A DNA stretch of 64,000 nucleotides from NCBI RefSeq assembly GCF_006345805.1, contig NC_043007.1, positions 3,720,001 through 3,784,000 of the forward strand, read 5' to 3'. The translations under genes were made by a program, and so were the position numbers. Positions 25,791 to 39,899 of this stretch are shown piece after piece. The number at the start of each line of letters is the position of its first letter. The first letter of the stretch is position 1. The notes below the pieces were generated by a model. The model was not told where the DNA came from, did not search any database, and worked only from the letters and a program-made list of their open reading frames with translations. This stretch comes from Octopus sinensis. Taxonomy: Eukaryota.

Positions 25791-25802
25791 TATATCAGTA
25801 TT

Positions 25803-26140
25803 ATGATTACAATTCACCCAGGACTAGGCTTCCATGCAATGCGTCCCCTACAAAGGTCGAGATCACATCACATAAGAACATTGCAACACAATTTCTTCAC
25901 GGCAGATGGCCCTGCTCTTTTCAATGTTATCCCGAAAGAAATTAAAGTAGAAAAAGACCCCACAACTTTCAAACAGTACCTGGACAAATTCCTCCAGGAA
26001 ATTCCAGATAAACCACCTCCACCTGCATATGTCTCAACCAACAATAACTCTCTGCTTGAATGGTCCAGGCAGTGCTATTGAGTTAGTAATGGCCTGGGCC
26101 GATAATGCCCCCAAACCAACCTACAGTTATCTAACTTATA
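25803..26140 (+). mobile_element. CR1/L2-like LINE ORF2 C-terminal fragment
   Basis: GPALFNVIPKEIK..D..TFKQYLDKFLQEIPDKP..Y....NSLLEW; the same motif pattern as the 61080-61292 fragment. Confidence 0.7.
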
Positions 26141-27161
26141 TACAAAGAAATTATGAAATTTACTATGGGTACTTAGTCCAAGCATGTTAAACTTGTTTGG
26201 CTTTGCAGGCCAGATTGAAGTATAAATTAGATCTCACAAGCCAGATGGCAACATCATCATTATTTCACATCCATTTTTCCCACCAGCAAGGGTTGGATGC
26301 TTATAGGGACTGGCAAGCCAGAGAACAATGCTAAGCTCCAGTGTCTACTTTGGCATGGTTTCTATGACATGATGCCTTTTCTAGCACTAATTATTCTAAA
26401 CCCTATTCATTATGTACACCAAAGTAAATAGATAAAGGGGTAAATATACATTGTAACAATTTTATTAACGACAAAGGAAGGAAAGACTGAGAGGGGTTAG
26501 CAAAAGTTGCATGCAGAGATGTATGAGGAAAAAGAAAGCTCATACCATTGAGGTTTTAGAACAGAATAGAGATAGAAATTATCCTAATGAATGCATATAA
26601 GTTTTGAGAAAACCAATGATTGATACATAGCGTGTACTGTTTCTATTGTAAAACCTTTCAAAATTATACATGTATCACTAGAATGAAACCATATGTAAAT
26701 CTGGGAATAAAAACAAACCTACATTTGATTTGATGGGTAGAGATAAAGTAAAGGGGATATAGTTCACATCTTTTAGTATATGAAGTATTAGCTTCATTGT
26801 TCATTGATTCAGAAAATAAAAAGGGATTTCCCAATGAGCTAATTTCATTTAACCAATTTGAAATGATGTTAATCAATACTCTAGTCAGTCTACTAGTCTG
26901 AACGATTGCTAGCACTATATATTTGACAGAATATTTTAAAATTCAAATATTTAAATATTTAAATATTTGCTTTTTATGAACTCAGGAACACTTTAAAGTC
27001 TGAACTTCTGGCTCTGTACTTCAATTGTTAGACATGATGATATTCATGTGTGGATAATGAAGAAACAATAACACACTCATCAACAAAACTATAGTAGCCC
27101 ATTGCAAAGTTGTGATATCAATGTTTATTCACTAACACAATGGATTGCACAGCCATCTTAC

Positions 27162-27268
27162 AGTCTATCAGAACTGGAAATACTGTACTTTACTAATGAG
27201 GTGTAATAAGACTGAAGCACAACAGGAGTTATCATATGATCAAACTCATCTTTCTCTGCATGTCCATA
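27162..27268 (-). CDS. Candidate coding exon (YGHAEKDEFDHMITPVVLQSYYTSLVKYSISSSDRL)
   Basis: Donor CT|gtaaga, AG acceptor at 27270-27269; open in phase 0, following the 27656-27713 candidate. Confidence 0.45.
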
Positions 27269-27655
27269 CTAAGCATTTTATTAATGTTAATGAATTTAAA
27301 TTTCAGAGTTACTTCCCCTGGATTTCTTGAGCTGAATTAGTCATTAAGAGAATATTTTTCTTCTTGTCTTGAATTAATTAATTTTAATTAATTAACATTT
27401 ATTAATATTAATATTTCTTGACTCATTGCGTTAAGTATGTAAGCACTAACTGTTTATTTTTAGTTCTTGCGGTGAGCCAACACGAGTGACCAGACTTGGA
27501 CATGGCCACAGTACAAGAGATACAAACCAGTAAAATTTCCATAAACTATCCAATTTTCTAGCTGTGTCACAGCAACTGCACACACCCTAACAACATTATC
27601 CTACTTTGTTGGTATAAACAAGAAAAAGCGGTTAATATTAATATAATCTAAATAC

Positions 27656-27713
27656 TGGAATAAGAAAGGATTTAACGGAAGGTATTTCCTTCCTCTCATA
27701 AAATCCATAGAGT
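27656..27713 (-). CDS. Candidate coding exon (LYGFYERKEIPSVKSFLIP)
   Basis: Acceptor ...tttttgatcaagtttttccag; phase 2 in and phase 0 out link it to its neighbours; the donor (gtattt) is weak. Confidence 0.35.
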
Positions 27714-28466
27714 CTGGAAAAACTTGATCAAAAATTATAGAAATAGAAACCTATTTATAGTGAAGCTTTTAATAGTTACAAACTCACACACATGTATATG
27801 CATAGTGTACTGTTCCATTATCAGTGGGATCAACAAAAAGAGAATTCCATCCAAAGAGAGATAGATATCATTTAGTAAGCCTGAGATTCAAATCCAAGCT
27901 ACTGTAGGTTTCATGCTCTGAATGTACAATTGTCAGACAAGCTTATGTAACATGCCATGTACAGTCCTTCTCAGCCTTGTTTTATTTTGGGTCTGAAAGA
28001 CTGCAAGATAGTATGTGACATGTTGTGTAAACTTATTCAACTAGTGTACCATCATAGCATGAAACTTAGAGTAGCCCACACTTAAATTCTAGGTTTATCA
28101 AACGTTGTGTGTGTGTGTGTGTGTGTGTAGTGAGTGAGAGAGAGGGAGGGAGAGGGTCAAAGCACATGGCCTTGTGGTTTGGGTGTTGGCCTCATGATCA
28201 CTAGATCATCAGTTCAATACCTGTCTTGGAATGGATGGTGTGTCGCGTTCTTGAGCAAAACATGTTGCTTTGTGGTCATTTCAGTGTGATGTGTGGTGCA
28301 TCATGCACCTGGAGAGGTAATGACGATTTGATGTAGGGAGTGAGCTTATGTAGAACACAAACATTTGATCTCCATAAACAAAAAGCATCTGCACAGGTTG
28401 TTCAGCATGGAATTGCAAAACTCTCATCTGTTGGTTAATGATGGAAGAGTCTATAATATGTGTATG

Positions 28467-28516
<50 letters not shown>

Positions 28517-28822
28517 CACATATATATTTGTATGTAAATATATATATGTATATATATGTGTATATACATATATACACATGTATATATAAATATATATATA
28601 TATATTATATATATATATGTACATATATATTGTATATGTATATGTACACATATACACATACATGTGTGTGTGTATACATATGTATATATTTATATATTAT
28701 GTAATGTAAATATATATATGTATATATATGTGTGTGTATATACATACTTATATGTATAGACATATATATATGTATATACATAAATACACATATATAAATA
28801 TATATCTATATTATATATACAT

Positions 28823-28874
<52 letters not shown>

Positions 28875-28920
28875 CACATACACACATACATGTGTGTGTG
28901 TGTACTTTAAACTTGTACAC

Positions 28921-29049
28921 CTATACTGGTCAAGTGAGTGTAAATAAGTATGGAATAATAACTCATCCTCATCCTCTTCATCCAGTGTGGAATTGTTGTT
29001 GGCTGACTTAACACTGGAGGCAGACACAGAGGCCACGGCAGCTCTACGG
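28921..29049 (-). CDS. Candidate coding exon (RRAAVASVSASSVKSANNNSTLDEEDEDELLFHTYLHSLDQ[YR])
   Basis: GC-richer unique island between microsatellites with a protein-like open frame, a pyrimidine tract and AG; two possible phase-2 donors (exon end 28927 or 28921). Confidence 0.55.
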
Positions 29050-29124
29050 CTTTGTTGTTAGATTAATTAAAGAAAGAAGAAAAAAAACTCCTGTTGAAGC
29101 ACCTGTAATCTACACATTCATACA

Positions 29125-29168
<44 letters not shown>

Positions 29169-29388
29169 TACACACACTCACATACACACACGCAAACTTT
29201 TTTTCTCTTTCAATCTCAGTCTCCCATGTATAAACGCACAGGTGTATAACGGCCTGGTGTGCTTGTTTCCGTGCTTCTGTTTTGACTCCCTCTGAACATA
29301 TATGTGCATGTGCGTCTGTATGTGTGTTTATGTGTGTGTGTATGTGTCTGTGCGGGAGTCAGAGACAGAGGGAGATGGAAGGACAGAG

Positions 29389-29424
<36 letters not shown>

Positions 29425-29758
29425 AGAGGATGAGAGAGGGAGCATATTGATGCCTTGGCAATACTCTTGTCTAACCACATATAAATGTTTTTGGCAACAA
29501 GTCAAAACTATTATGGAAGCAAAGTACTGGCACACCAACATACCATGATTTGATGTGTATATAATATACATACATATATATACACATATATGTATATATA
29601 TATATATATATATACACATATATGTGTGTGTATGTGTTTATATATATATATATATATATATACATACATATATATACATATATATCTATATATAAGTATG
29701 TATGTATATATGTGTGTGTGTATATATATATACATATATATATTTATATATATGTATA

Positions 29759-29790
<32 letters not shown>

Positions 29791-30447
29791 TCATGATCGA
29801 TTTATGACAATACAGACAGCTCCTAATGATTGCTTCTGATAATCAATGACTACTCCCCCACTCAATTTAGCCTCAGAAAGGAACTTCCTCAGATGAAATG
29901 TTTTGCATGAAGCAATGTTCATTTGCAAGGTTTGCAGTATTAAAACAACTCTTTCATGACCAACCCACCTGAAATTGTTGTTTTTCCTATATTACGTTTT
30001 ATAAAGCTTGCATTTAAACTTAAAACTTCCGCTATTTAAGTGCAGGTATGTCTGAGAGCTTAGAGGCAGGCATGGCTGTGTTGTTTTGATGTTTGCCTCA
30101 TAACCATGTGGTGCAGTGTTCAGTTCCACTGTTTGGCACCTTCGGCATGTGGGCTCTAAAATTGCCCCGAACCAACTAAAGCTTGGCAAAGAATTTATTA
30201 GATGGAAACTGTAAGAAGCCAAGCCTTTTGTAATGAATTATAAATGTGTGCGTGTGTGTGTGTGTATGTATGTGTGTGTGTGCGTGTGTGTGGTATTTAC
30301 TGCTGGATTGAGAATCAGTTATGGTTTGTTTACGTTCTATATGGTTTTAACAACTAGATGCTGTTCCAATCTCTGACCATTTTAAAGATTGGACTCAATG
30401 CATTTTATCATGCCAATGGTACTAGAATAGTTGTCTGCTAGATTTAA

Positions 30448-30669
30448 CCCTTTCATTACCAACCTGCCTGAAACCTCCTCTGTCTTTGTAGGACAAATGT
30501 CTTGTTTTCATAAGTTCTGAATTAAAATCTTCCACTGAACCTTAATTACAATTTATGTTCCTAACACTAGTTGAATGATAACGAAGTTATTTTACTAAAT
30601 TCTTTGCTATATTTAGAATTAACAGAAAGAAACTCAGAGCATCTCGAAATAAATACAGTAACGAAAGGG
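30448..30669. mobile_element. piggyBac-like MITE
   Basis: TTAA at 30444-30447 and 30670-30673; CCCTTTCATTACC...TAACGAAAGGG; homologous to 2466-2684. Confidence 0.8.
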
Positions 30670-31546
30670 TTAAAGAATCCTCTCTTTTCAATAACAGTTT
30701 TCATTCAGGCTTACCACAGTCTTAGATGGATTGCCTGTGATTTGAATTCTGCAACTTTTAGAGCCCATATCTCACCCATTTTTCTTTGCTTGATAGACAG
30801 GTTTTGTTTTCTATTTTTATGAATGGGTATTTTTCCTATCACTGACCTTTCTACAACATAAACTGACCGAGTGCATTTTAGTGTTTTGCCAGTAATGGAG
30901 GGGTAGCTTGTATCAGTGTTAAAGAGTCACTTCTGACTTGGAACAGTTCCTGAGTTCCTTCTGGCCTTTATCTCTTATCTAGAAAGATACAAATCAGAAC
31001 TCCAGAGATTACTGTGGCTCATGTAATGTTGAGGAGACTGGCAAAAGAGATTACAACGGTGTCATTATCTGCAAGTGTATGAATGTGAACAAGCAGCTGA
31101 AGAAGGCATCTAGCTTTTATATGAATGGTTTATACTTTCAACGATATCTGAAGGAATACCGAATACATGACATCAACATCAACATCAACATCAACAATAA
31201 CCTGAACCAAGTAGCTTATATATCATAAACACTGGAAGACCAGCAAGTGATGCACCACAGAGACAAGCATACTAAACACTTTTTTCAACACATAACTATA
31301 TATATATGATAATAATAATATTAGGGAGTATAGCTCCAAACTTACAGGGAAAAATTTGATTTAGTATTAAATCAAAATTCACAGTATAAATATATAAAAT
31401 ATGAATTAGAGATAAAACCACTATTATGCAATTCAAACAGTGATAAATAACAAATAATATAAATATAATCAAATAATATATAATATACATATAATATATA
31501 TAATAATATATATATATAATAATATATACATATATATATATATATA

Positions 31547-31607
<61 letters not shown>

Positions 31608-31630
31608 ATATTAATATATATATATTAATT

Positions 31631-31663
<33 letters not shown>

Positions 31664-32167
31664 TAATTATATATATATATATATATTATATATTATATTA
31701 ATTATATTTATATTATTTGTTAATTATGTATTGGTTTATGTCTATCACTGTTTGAGTTGCATAATAGTGGTTTTATCTCGAATTCATATTTTATATATAT
31801 ATATACATACAAACTAATCATGGGACCATATACACAGTCACTCAAGCTGCTAAAAATAGCAGTCAAATCTCCTTCTAATCATACTTTCCTATCTTGTAAA
31901 TTAGAAAACTAATGCATACAGATACATTGCCCTTTACATGCAGTCTAAACAATACAAGGAATAATCAAAGCTAGAAATCCTTTGATCATGAAGCTGATCG
32001 ATCAAGGCAGAGCTGTACTAAGCTGTTCCAGCAGCAGCAGCAACAGCAACAACAACAACAAATTAGTATATAGTCTGGTTTATGAAAAAAGAAAACAAAA
32101 AAAAAAGTTTAAAAAAAATGGAAGTAGGTCAGAGAATTCTTGCTTGGCAGACAAACCTCTTGATTAC

Positions 32168-32219
32168 CAGAGTATCAAGGCACTTAGTAATGAAGAAATA
32201 AATATATGCGTTGGTCTTA
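32168..32219 (-). CDS. Candidate 52-nt coding exon (VRPTHIFISSLLSALIL or KTNAYIYFFITKCLDTL)
   Basis: Acceptor ataattttcacag, donor CTG|gtaatc. An overlapping + strand candidate ending ATG|gtaagt also exists, so strand is ambiguous. Confidence 0.3.
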
Positions 32220-32475
32220 CTGTGAAAATTATGGTAAGTTTAGAATCTGAGTTAATAAGTGCATGAGATGAGAAACAAGACAATCATGTCTTCACAGACA
32301 CTCCTCTTCAGGCTGATTCACCCCCACAATCTATAAAGTCTGGTTGTAGCCCACACTGCCTGACAGACGAAACCTTGTTTTAGTTTGATGGAAATAATAA
32401 TGATAATAATAACAATAACAACAATAATAATGATAATAATAATAACAACAACAACAACAATAATAATAATAATAA

Positions 32476-32524
<49 letters not shown>

Positions 32525-32737
32525 TCTGGTTTTATTGGCCACAAGGGCTAACAAAAAACATGTAAGGACAAACACAGGAGGAAAAGTAGAAAGGGTTTTG
32601 TCCGATAGAAAGGTCCGTGAAAACATTAAAATAACAGCGAAAAATATAACAAATAAAACTCCCGATAGGGGTAGGCGCTTCAAAAGGTTACTCGTGGAAT
32701 AATAATATTAATTACAACAACAACAACAACAATAATA

Positions 32738-33300
32738 AATGCCTTGATGCAGTACCAGGCAGTGGCTGTTATGGCTTCTGATCTTAACTAATTGGAAGTG
32801 TTATCATGTACATTGTTTTGTCTTGGTATAAAAGATGGACTACAGCAAATATTCTGCTCAATACCACAGATTTGCTTGTCAGTTGTCTGATCTTAACCAG
32901 TTGAGCATGTGCCTTAGTGGCTGATGACATGCGCATCTCTAATCATGAGCAGAAGTAGTGGGGAATCATCATAGCCATGTGTTGAGAGGGATTCTTTGGG
33001 GTTTGAATAATTCACCTCTGGAAACAGGGGTAGTTCGTTCAACATCCTTAAACAAACCTTATTCAGGGACCTTTTGAGTGGGATGGGCTACACGGCCTGA
33101 AGAAAATTCTAACTGGGCCTTATCTGCAAGGTCATACACTGTTTATCTTGATATGAAATTACTGTGTCATGCACACATTGTTGTGATGCATGTGCCTGGT
33201 GTATCCTTATCAGACGGGTAGTCATGAAAGGTACACTGGGCTTTGTATATTTTAGCCCAAGGTCATTTTGATGGCATGCACTGCTCCCTCACTCAATAAT
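32738..33300. mobile_element. Unclassified ~560-bp interspersed repeat (family E) bounded by (AAT/AAC)n
   Basis: Aligns end to end with 53585-54460; both copies are bordered by AAT-type repeats. Confidence 0.75.
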
Positions 33301-33775
33301 ATCCTGCTTTCTCCTGAATCATGAGGCCTTACATTGTCTCATGAGTCCTTCCTCTTGAATCATGGGTCATGATGCTTGAGTGGGGTGGGATTGTATGTTG
33401 ACAACCCTCCCTCACTCTCTGGTCATCATGTTCTTTTGGACACATTACTTTGAATATATCAAGGCCTTCAACATCAATACCTATTTCTTGCCTGCATCAC
33501 TCAACTGACCCATAAAAAGTAGGGTGGTACTGCATCTTCTCCTACTCAACCCTCTCATCCTTTCTTTTCTTTGCCCTTATCAATTTCTCTCGCTCTCTCT
33601 CTCTTTCTCTCTCTCTCTCTTTCACTAATCTGACACGTTCTTTCCCTTCGACTTGTCCTTCCTCCTCCTATTACCCACTTCCACCCAATCTTTCCTTCAC
33701 ACACCACTTTACCCACTCATGTATAATGTGGGGTAGCACTATATCCCCTCCTGCTCAACCTTCCCCACTGTCATA

Positions 33776-33806
<31 letters not shown>

Positions 33807-33867
33807 AACCCCCCCTCCTCCTGCTACTTTTCACTTCCCTCCTCTTAAGCCTTCCTTAACAACACTC

Positions 33868-34093
33868 TTTTTATTCTTTTACTTGTTTCAGTCATTTCAC
33901 TGCGGCCATGCTGGAGCACCACCTTTAGTCAAGCAAATCGACCCCAGGACTTATTCTGTGTAAGCTTAGTACTTATTCTATCGGTCTCTTTTGCCGAACC
34001 GCTAAGTTACGGGGATGCAAACACACCAGCATCGGTTGTCAAGTGATGTTGGGGGGACAAACACAGACACACAAACACACACACAAACACACA

Positions 34094-34136
<43 letters not shown>

Positions 34137-34225
34137 TGGGGTTCTTTCAGTTTCCGTCTACCAAATCCACTCACAAGGCTTTGGTCAGCCCAAAGCTATA
34201 GTAGAAGACACTTCCCCAAGGTGCC
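33868..34225 (-). mobile_element. SINE family B, head truncated
   Basis: Tail, (CA)n tract and CORE-like segment. Confidence 0.85.
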
Positions 34226-34539
34226 ATGCCAAAGTACATGCTGAATATACTTGTTATGGACACTTGGGTAGAACAAGATATGGGAGATAAAATGGACGAG
34301 AAAATGAGGATAGTTGGGAATCCGCCCCAGACGGCACTTTTATGGCGACAGCACCACATTTGGGTTTGCTGTGGGCAATATGTATTTTTGCGGGGAGCAA
34401 ACTGAAGGGCAACCTTAGGCAGCACACATGCTAGCTACACTAGTGATGGTCGTAGAAAAAGCAGAATGAAGAGACAGAGCATCTGAGGGCCAACAAATGG
34501 GGTTTTGATGAGTGTGTTTGGATGCATTCAAGGATGCTA

Positions 34540-35100
34540 GGGTGTGCAGCAGCAACACTGTCCTAGATGCCTGTGTGCATAACACAGCGCTGTCCAAGAT
34601 GTGCAGCAGCTGTACTGCCCACCGCCAGACCCTTGTATGTATTGGCTGCAGTACCACCCTACCTGAGTGTGTAACAACAGTACCATCCCAAGTATCTGTG
34701 TCTATAGTAGCAGCACCGTCCCAGATGCTTGTGTGTATCGTAGTAGCATCATCCCAGATACCTGGCAATTTAACAACAGTACCATCCCAGATATTTGAAT
34801 CTACAGAATCAGAACTGTCCAAGATACCTGTAGCTATAGCAATAATACCTCCCTGAACGTGTTCCGGCAGCACTGTTCCAAATACCTGTGTGTATTGCAG
34901 TAACATCATTCCAGATACCTGTTTGGGTAACAGCAGTGCCATCCCAGATACCTGTGTGCATTGTAGCAGCACTGTCCCAGATAACTGTATGTACCCTGAT
35001 AACACCATCATCCTAGATGTATAGCAGCAGCAGCCGCAGTGGCAGCAGCAGCCGCAGTGGCAGCAGCAGCAGCAGTACTGTCCCAAATGCCTGAATGTAC
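34540..35100. repeat. Degenerate 33-bp minisatellite
   Basis: CCA(G/A)ATA recurs at 34878, 34911, 34944 and 34977; consensus near AGCAGCACTGTCCCAGATACCTGTGTGCATTGT. Confidence 0.75.
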
Positions 35101-35131
35101 AGGAGTAATGCTATAACAAATATTGTGATAG

Positions 35132-35548
35132 AAAGGCGGTGAGCTGGCAGAAACGTTAGCACGCCGGGTGAAATGCTTAGCGGCATTTTGTCAGCTGCTA
35201 CATTCTGAGTTCAAATTCTGCCAAGGTTGACTTTGCCTTTCATGCTTTTGGGGTCGATAAATTAAGGACCAGTTATGCACTGGGGTCGATATAATCGACT
35301 TAATCCATTTGTCTGTGCTTGTTTGTCCTCTCTGTGTTTAGCCCCTTGTGGGTAGTAAAGAAATAGGTATTTCATCTGTCACTACATTCTGAGTTCAAAT
35401 TCCACCGAGGTCAACTTTGCCTTTCATCTTTTCAGGGTCGATAAATAAAGTACCAGTTTCGCACTGGGGTTGATGTAATCGACTTAATCCCTTTGTCTGT
35501 CCTTGTTTGTCCCCTCTATGTTTAGCCCCTTGTGGGTAGTAAAGAAAT
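35132..35548 (+). mobile_element. SINE family A, head plus two tandem bodies
   Basis: Junction AAAGAAATAGGTATTTCATCTG at about 35360; TATAACAAATA flanks both sides. Confidence 0.88.
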
Positions 35549-35881
35549 ATATAACAAATAACATATTTACGTAACAGCTGTATTATGGGTCCCACTTGAT
35601 CTTCGTAAAGGGTTACTAATCGCTGGGATTTGAAGTATTTTCTGGCCTTGAAGAGAAAGGACAGGATTTGTGATACAATCTTGGCTTTGTTGAATTATTT
35701 TTATGAAACTCGTGTTATTTGACATAATTCCATCTGATTTAATCACAGATTAACATACATTTAATGTATGTTGCCATAGCCACAGCACCCAGGCTCACTA
35801 AAACCTACAGTACACTGGCCGATTTTCATCTCCCCCAACTGGCAATGTACTTATATTATCAGATTGCTCTTTGTTATGGTG

Positions 35882-35964
<83 letters not shown>

Positions 35965-36179
35965 TTATCTATCTATTTATCTATCTATCAATCTGTCTAT
36001 TTATCTATCTATCTGTTTGTCTGTCGATCTATCTGTCTGTCTGTCAGACTGTCTGTCTGCCTGCTTGCCTGCCTGCCTCTCTGTCTGTCTGTCTGTCAAT
36101 ATAAAATGTATTATATCAAAACAGGAGATTGAGAAAAATTTTTGGTATTATTTATTACTACCTATACCATGTGTGTATT

Positions 36180-36224
<45 letters not shown>

Positions 36225-36303
36225 ATTTCTGTGTGTGTACCTGATTATATTACCTTTTACTTATCTTCTATCTTTTACTTTGTTCAGCCATTAGACTGCG
36301 GCC

Positions 36304-36340
<37 letters not shown>

Positions 36341-38647
36341 TACATAAATATATCATCATCATCATTGTATGCACACACACACATACACACATATATATGC
36401 ACATATGTGTGTGCGTGTGTGTGCATGTGTGTGTGTGCACGTGAGTGACCACCTCTTACTATAGGCCCTTCTGTGGCTCAAAATGGAGATTAGCTAATCA
36501 ATATATCCTATTCCATATTAATATATCAGTTTAGTGAGGATCTGTCCATTTATGGTCAAATTCATATTTGCTGTATTCTATTTAAACACCACAAAAGTAG
36601 AGTCTCTTCCAAGGTTGAGAGCGAGTGACTATTCAAGTAGAAGCCACTCAACATTGATGGATGCCAGATTGGGTTCAGTTGGCTCTGACCAACGAGTTCA
36701 CCAAGTTCCTCATGAATGCTAACCACCTCTGACAGTCAGACCGAGCATTCCAGGAAGCAAAATAATGCTTCTGCCTGTGGCCCCAACAATCCAGCTTGCT
36801 AATTTGACAAATGCCCCACTAGGAGAGCAAGTGGGGCATTTGTTAAATTAGCATTGGATAATGTGGATGTTGGAGTTGTTGTCATCATTCATTGTTGAGA
36901 TGTAGAGTTCCAGTGGGAACACAAGTTCACGTGTGGTTCCCAATCACATACATGTGAATTTTGGGATTGTGTGATCCGAAGCTGCACATCTTGCCGTTGA
37001 TTGTTGACCATTGCAGAGGATTCACTGACCAAGTCACCATCAATTATCAGAACAGATGCAGCCTGAGTTTGAGGTGGGTTCTAGAGACATGATAGTTAAC
37101 CCAGAACAGGGGCCCTAACAAACCTGGGAACCATAGTGGCTTAGCGATGATTCCACATTCTTGAAAACCCTGGATCTCCCATATTAAGGCCTCACTACTG
37201 GATGCAATTTAGTCTTACCAAGGACTGTTATTGCTTATCTTCAGTGAACATTCACATGATCAAAAGCATTCCATCCTTGACCATCTCATCTTTTTTTCAG
37301 GAACAGGATTCTAATATTACATTTTCCAATGCAATCTAAGATATTCTTTTTAAAACAGTAGACAGCAGCATGGAAGTTATCAGAAATTTAGCTGTTATTT
37401 CTAGCAAGTTGAACGACACCATAGCACTTCCCTTGTAGTTGGATACAGTTGCCCTTTCTAATGTAGGCTACTGTTTGAAGTTTGATTGTGACTTCCTATT
37501 CTAGTGCAAGTTTTCACTCAAAACTGAGTGTAGACTTTCACTCAAGTTTAGGACAGCAGTTACTCTTTAGAGGTAACTGTAACAAAACTACTCAACATCA
37601 TCTTTTTCGGAGTTAAGTATACACATTCATTTAAGTAAGTGTAAGTGTTTGAGTTCCCTTTCAGTTATACAACTATAACTTCCCTTTCAAAGAGGCTATA
37701 AATTTTGAATACAATTCCAAGTGCAACACCTCTCTCATAGCTGAGTGTAGCTGGCTACTCACAAACCCTTCATTTGATTGTTAGTATAACTATATTCCAT
37801 TTGAAGTGTTTCATTTATCACTCCAACTTAAGTGTAATTGTCCAAATGTATGTTCTCACTTGGATCTGAGTATGAGTGAACACTCAAGTGTAAGCTATTA
37901 ATGACCATCAAGTGTCAAATAGGTGTAAGAAATAGGATCACATGCGGTCATATTGTGTAGGAGATACGATCGCCCGTGGTTCTACTCTTAACTGCCACGC
38001 TACTTAGGTATTGATTGATTTGGAGGTTAATAGGGTCTAATGAGATGTCTTATTATAATGCCTTATACTTCTATTTTCCTTATTCGGATCCTTCTGATAT
38101 CACTTATAGCATGGATACCAACCATTTCACTATCAAGATCCAATATATTATAATGAGTTTTCCTAAGGACCCCATACTTTTGAAAGTCAATATACCACAC
38201 CCTTTTACAACTTTTCTATCGATTAAAAGCCTCAGGTTAACAACTGCTGATTATGAAGTCACTATAATAGATTAAGGCCAGGTGAACTATCTAATATAAT
38301 TATTTATTACTTTCCACATATTCCTGTCCGCTGGGTTGCTATTTGCCATTGGTTTCTAAGAAACGAGAGATAAATAGTCAATTAGATAGACTGCTTGTTT
38401 TCAGTAAACAGCATCATAAAAAAAAAACATCCATTGATTGGATGGACTTGGACTTAGCACAGCAAGGAACTAAGCTGTAAGGTGAAAATACGCTACCTGT
38501 GATATGTCTAAACTGACCTGATCTGGCTTCTTAAGTCAACCCTACAATGTCATCTTGAAAACAAACAGTGACATCATTGAAATCTCAAAGATACAAGACA
38601 ATGCATGACTAATTTTTTAAAAGTGTGAATAAAAAATGTGAATAAAT

Positions 38648-39375
38648 AGACGCAGGAGTGGCCCTGTGGTAAGTAGCTTGCTAACCAACCACGTGGTTCC
38701 GGGTTCAGTCCCACTACATGGCACCTTGGGCAAGTGTCTTCTACTATAGCCTCGGGCCGACTAATACCTTGTGAGTGGATTTGGTAGATGGAAACTAAAA
38801 GAAGCCTGTCGTATATATGTATATATATATATAAATGTGTGTGTGTTTGTGTGTCTGTGTTTGTCCCCCTAACATTGCTTGACAACCGATGCTGGTGTGT
38901 TTACGTCCCTGTCACTTAGTGGTTCGGCAAAAGAGACTGATAGAATAAGTACTGGGCTTACAAAAGAATAAGTCCCGGGATCGATTTGCTCAACTAAAGG
39001 CGGTGCTCCAGCATGGCCGCAGTCAAATGACTGAAACAAGTAAAAGAGTAAAAGAGTAAATAGGCACAGGTGTGGCTGTGGGTAAGCAGCTTGCTTCCCA
39101 TCATCATGGTTCCGGGTTCAGTCCCACTGCATGCCACCTTTAGGCGAGTATGTGTGCGTGCTTGTGTGTCAGTGCTTGTCCCCCTACCATCACTTGACAA
39201 CTGATACTGGTGTGTTTACATCCCTGTAACTTAGTGGTTCAGCAAAAGAGATTGATAGAATAAGTACTAGGCTTACAAAGAATAAATCCTGGGGTTGATT
39301 TGCTCGACTAAAGGCAGTGCTCCAGCATGGCCGCAGTCAAATGAATGAAACAAGTAAAAGAATAAAAAAGAATAC
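38648..39375 (+). mobile_element. Two tandem SINE B copies
   Basis: Full copy at 38648-39060 immediately followed by an internally deleted copy. Confidence 0.88.
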
Positions 39376-39899
39376 AAGATTTGTTTAGGCTGGAATGCCA
39401 TTGATCTTAGAACTGCTAACCTGGGGCTAAGAAACAACAGCAAACTAATTATACAATTATCAGTCTTTAAGTCAACGAAGGTCCAACAATTAGACATTGA
39501 TTTCAAATCTTGGCACAAGGCCAGTAATTTTGAGGGAGCGGGTAAGTCAGTTAGATGACCCCTCACCCCAGTACTTAACCGGTACTTATTTTAATGACCC
39601 TGAAAGGATGAAAAGCAAAGTCACCCTGAGTGGAATTTGAACTCAGAACATAAAGCATTTTGCCCAGTATGCTAATGATTCTGCTAGTTTGCCGCCTTCC
39701 AACAATTCGATATTAGGAGGCAAATATTTTATGTCGGCCATTCGTAAGTTGTTACCAAAGTTTGTGGTCAAATATTCGCAGGTAATTGCCCAGCTGTAGC
39801 AACGATTCTCAAACTGACAAACACTAACACCGAACCATCCAAAACTATGAATGAGAGTTTTTGTACCCCCACCCCACCAACTCTTTAGTAACGAGATGA

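Noticed and set aside
36530-36760. Possible Tc1 transposase remnant
   Set aside because: Only faint resemblance to the SDESRF region; no TIR or catalytic motif recovered.
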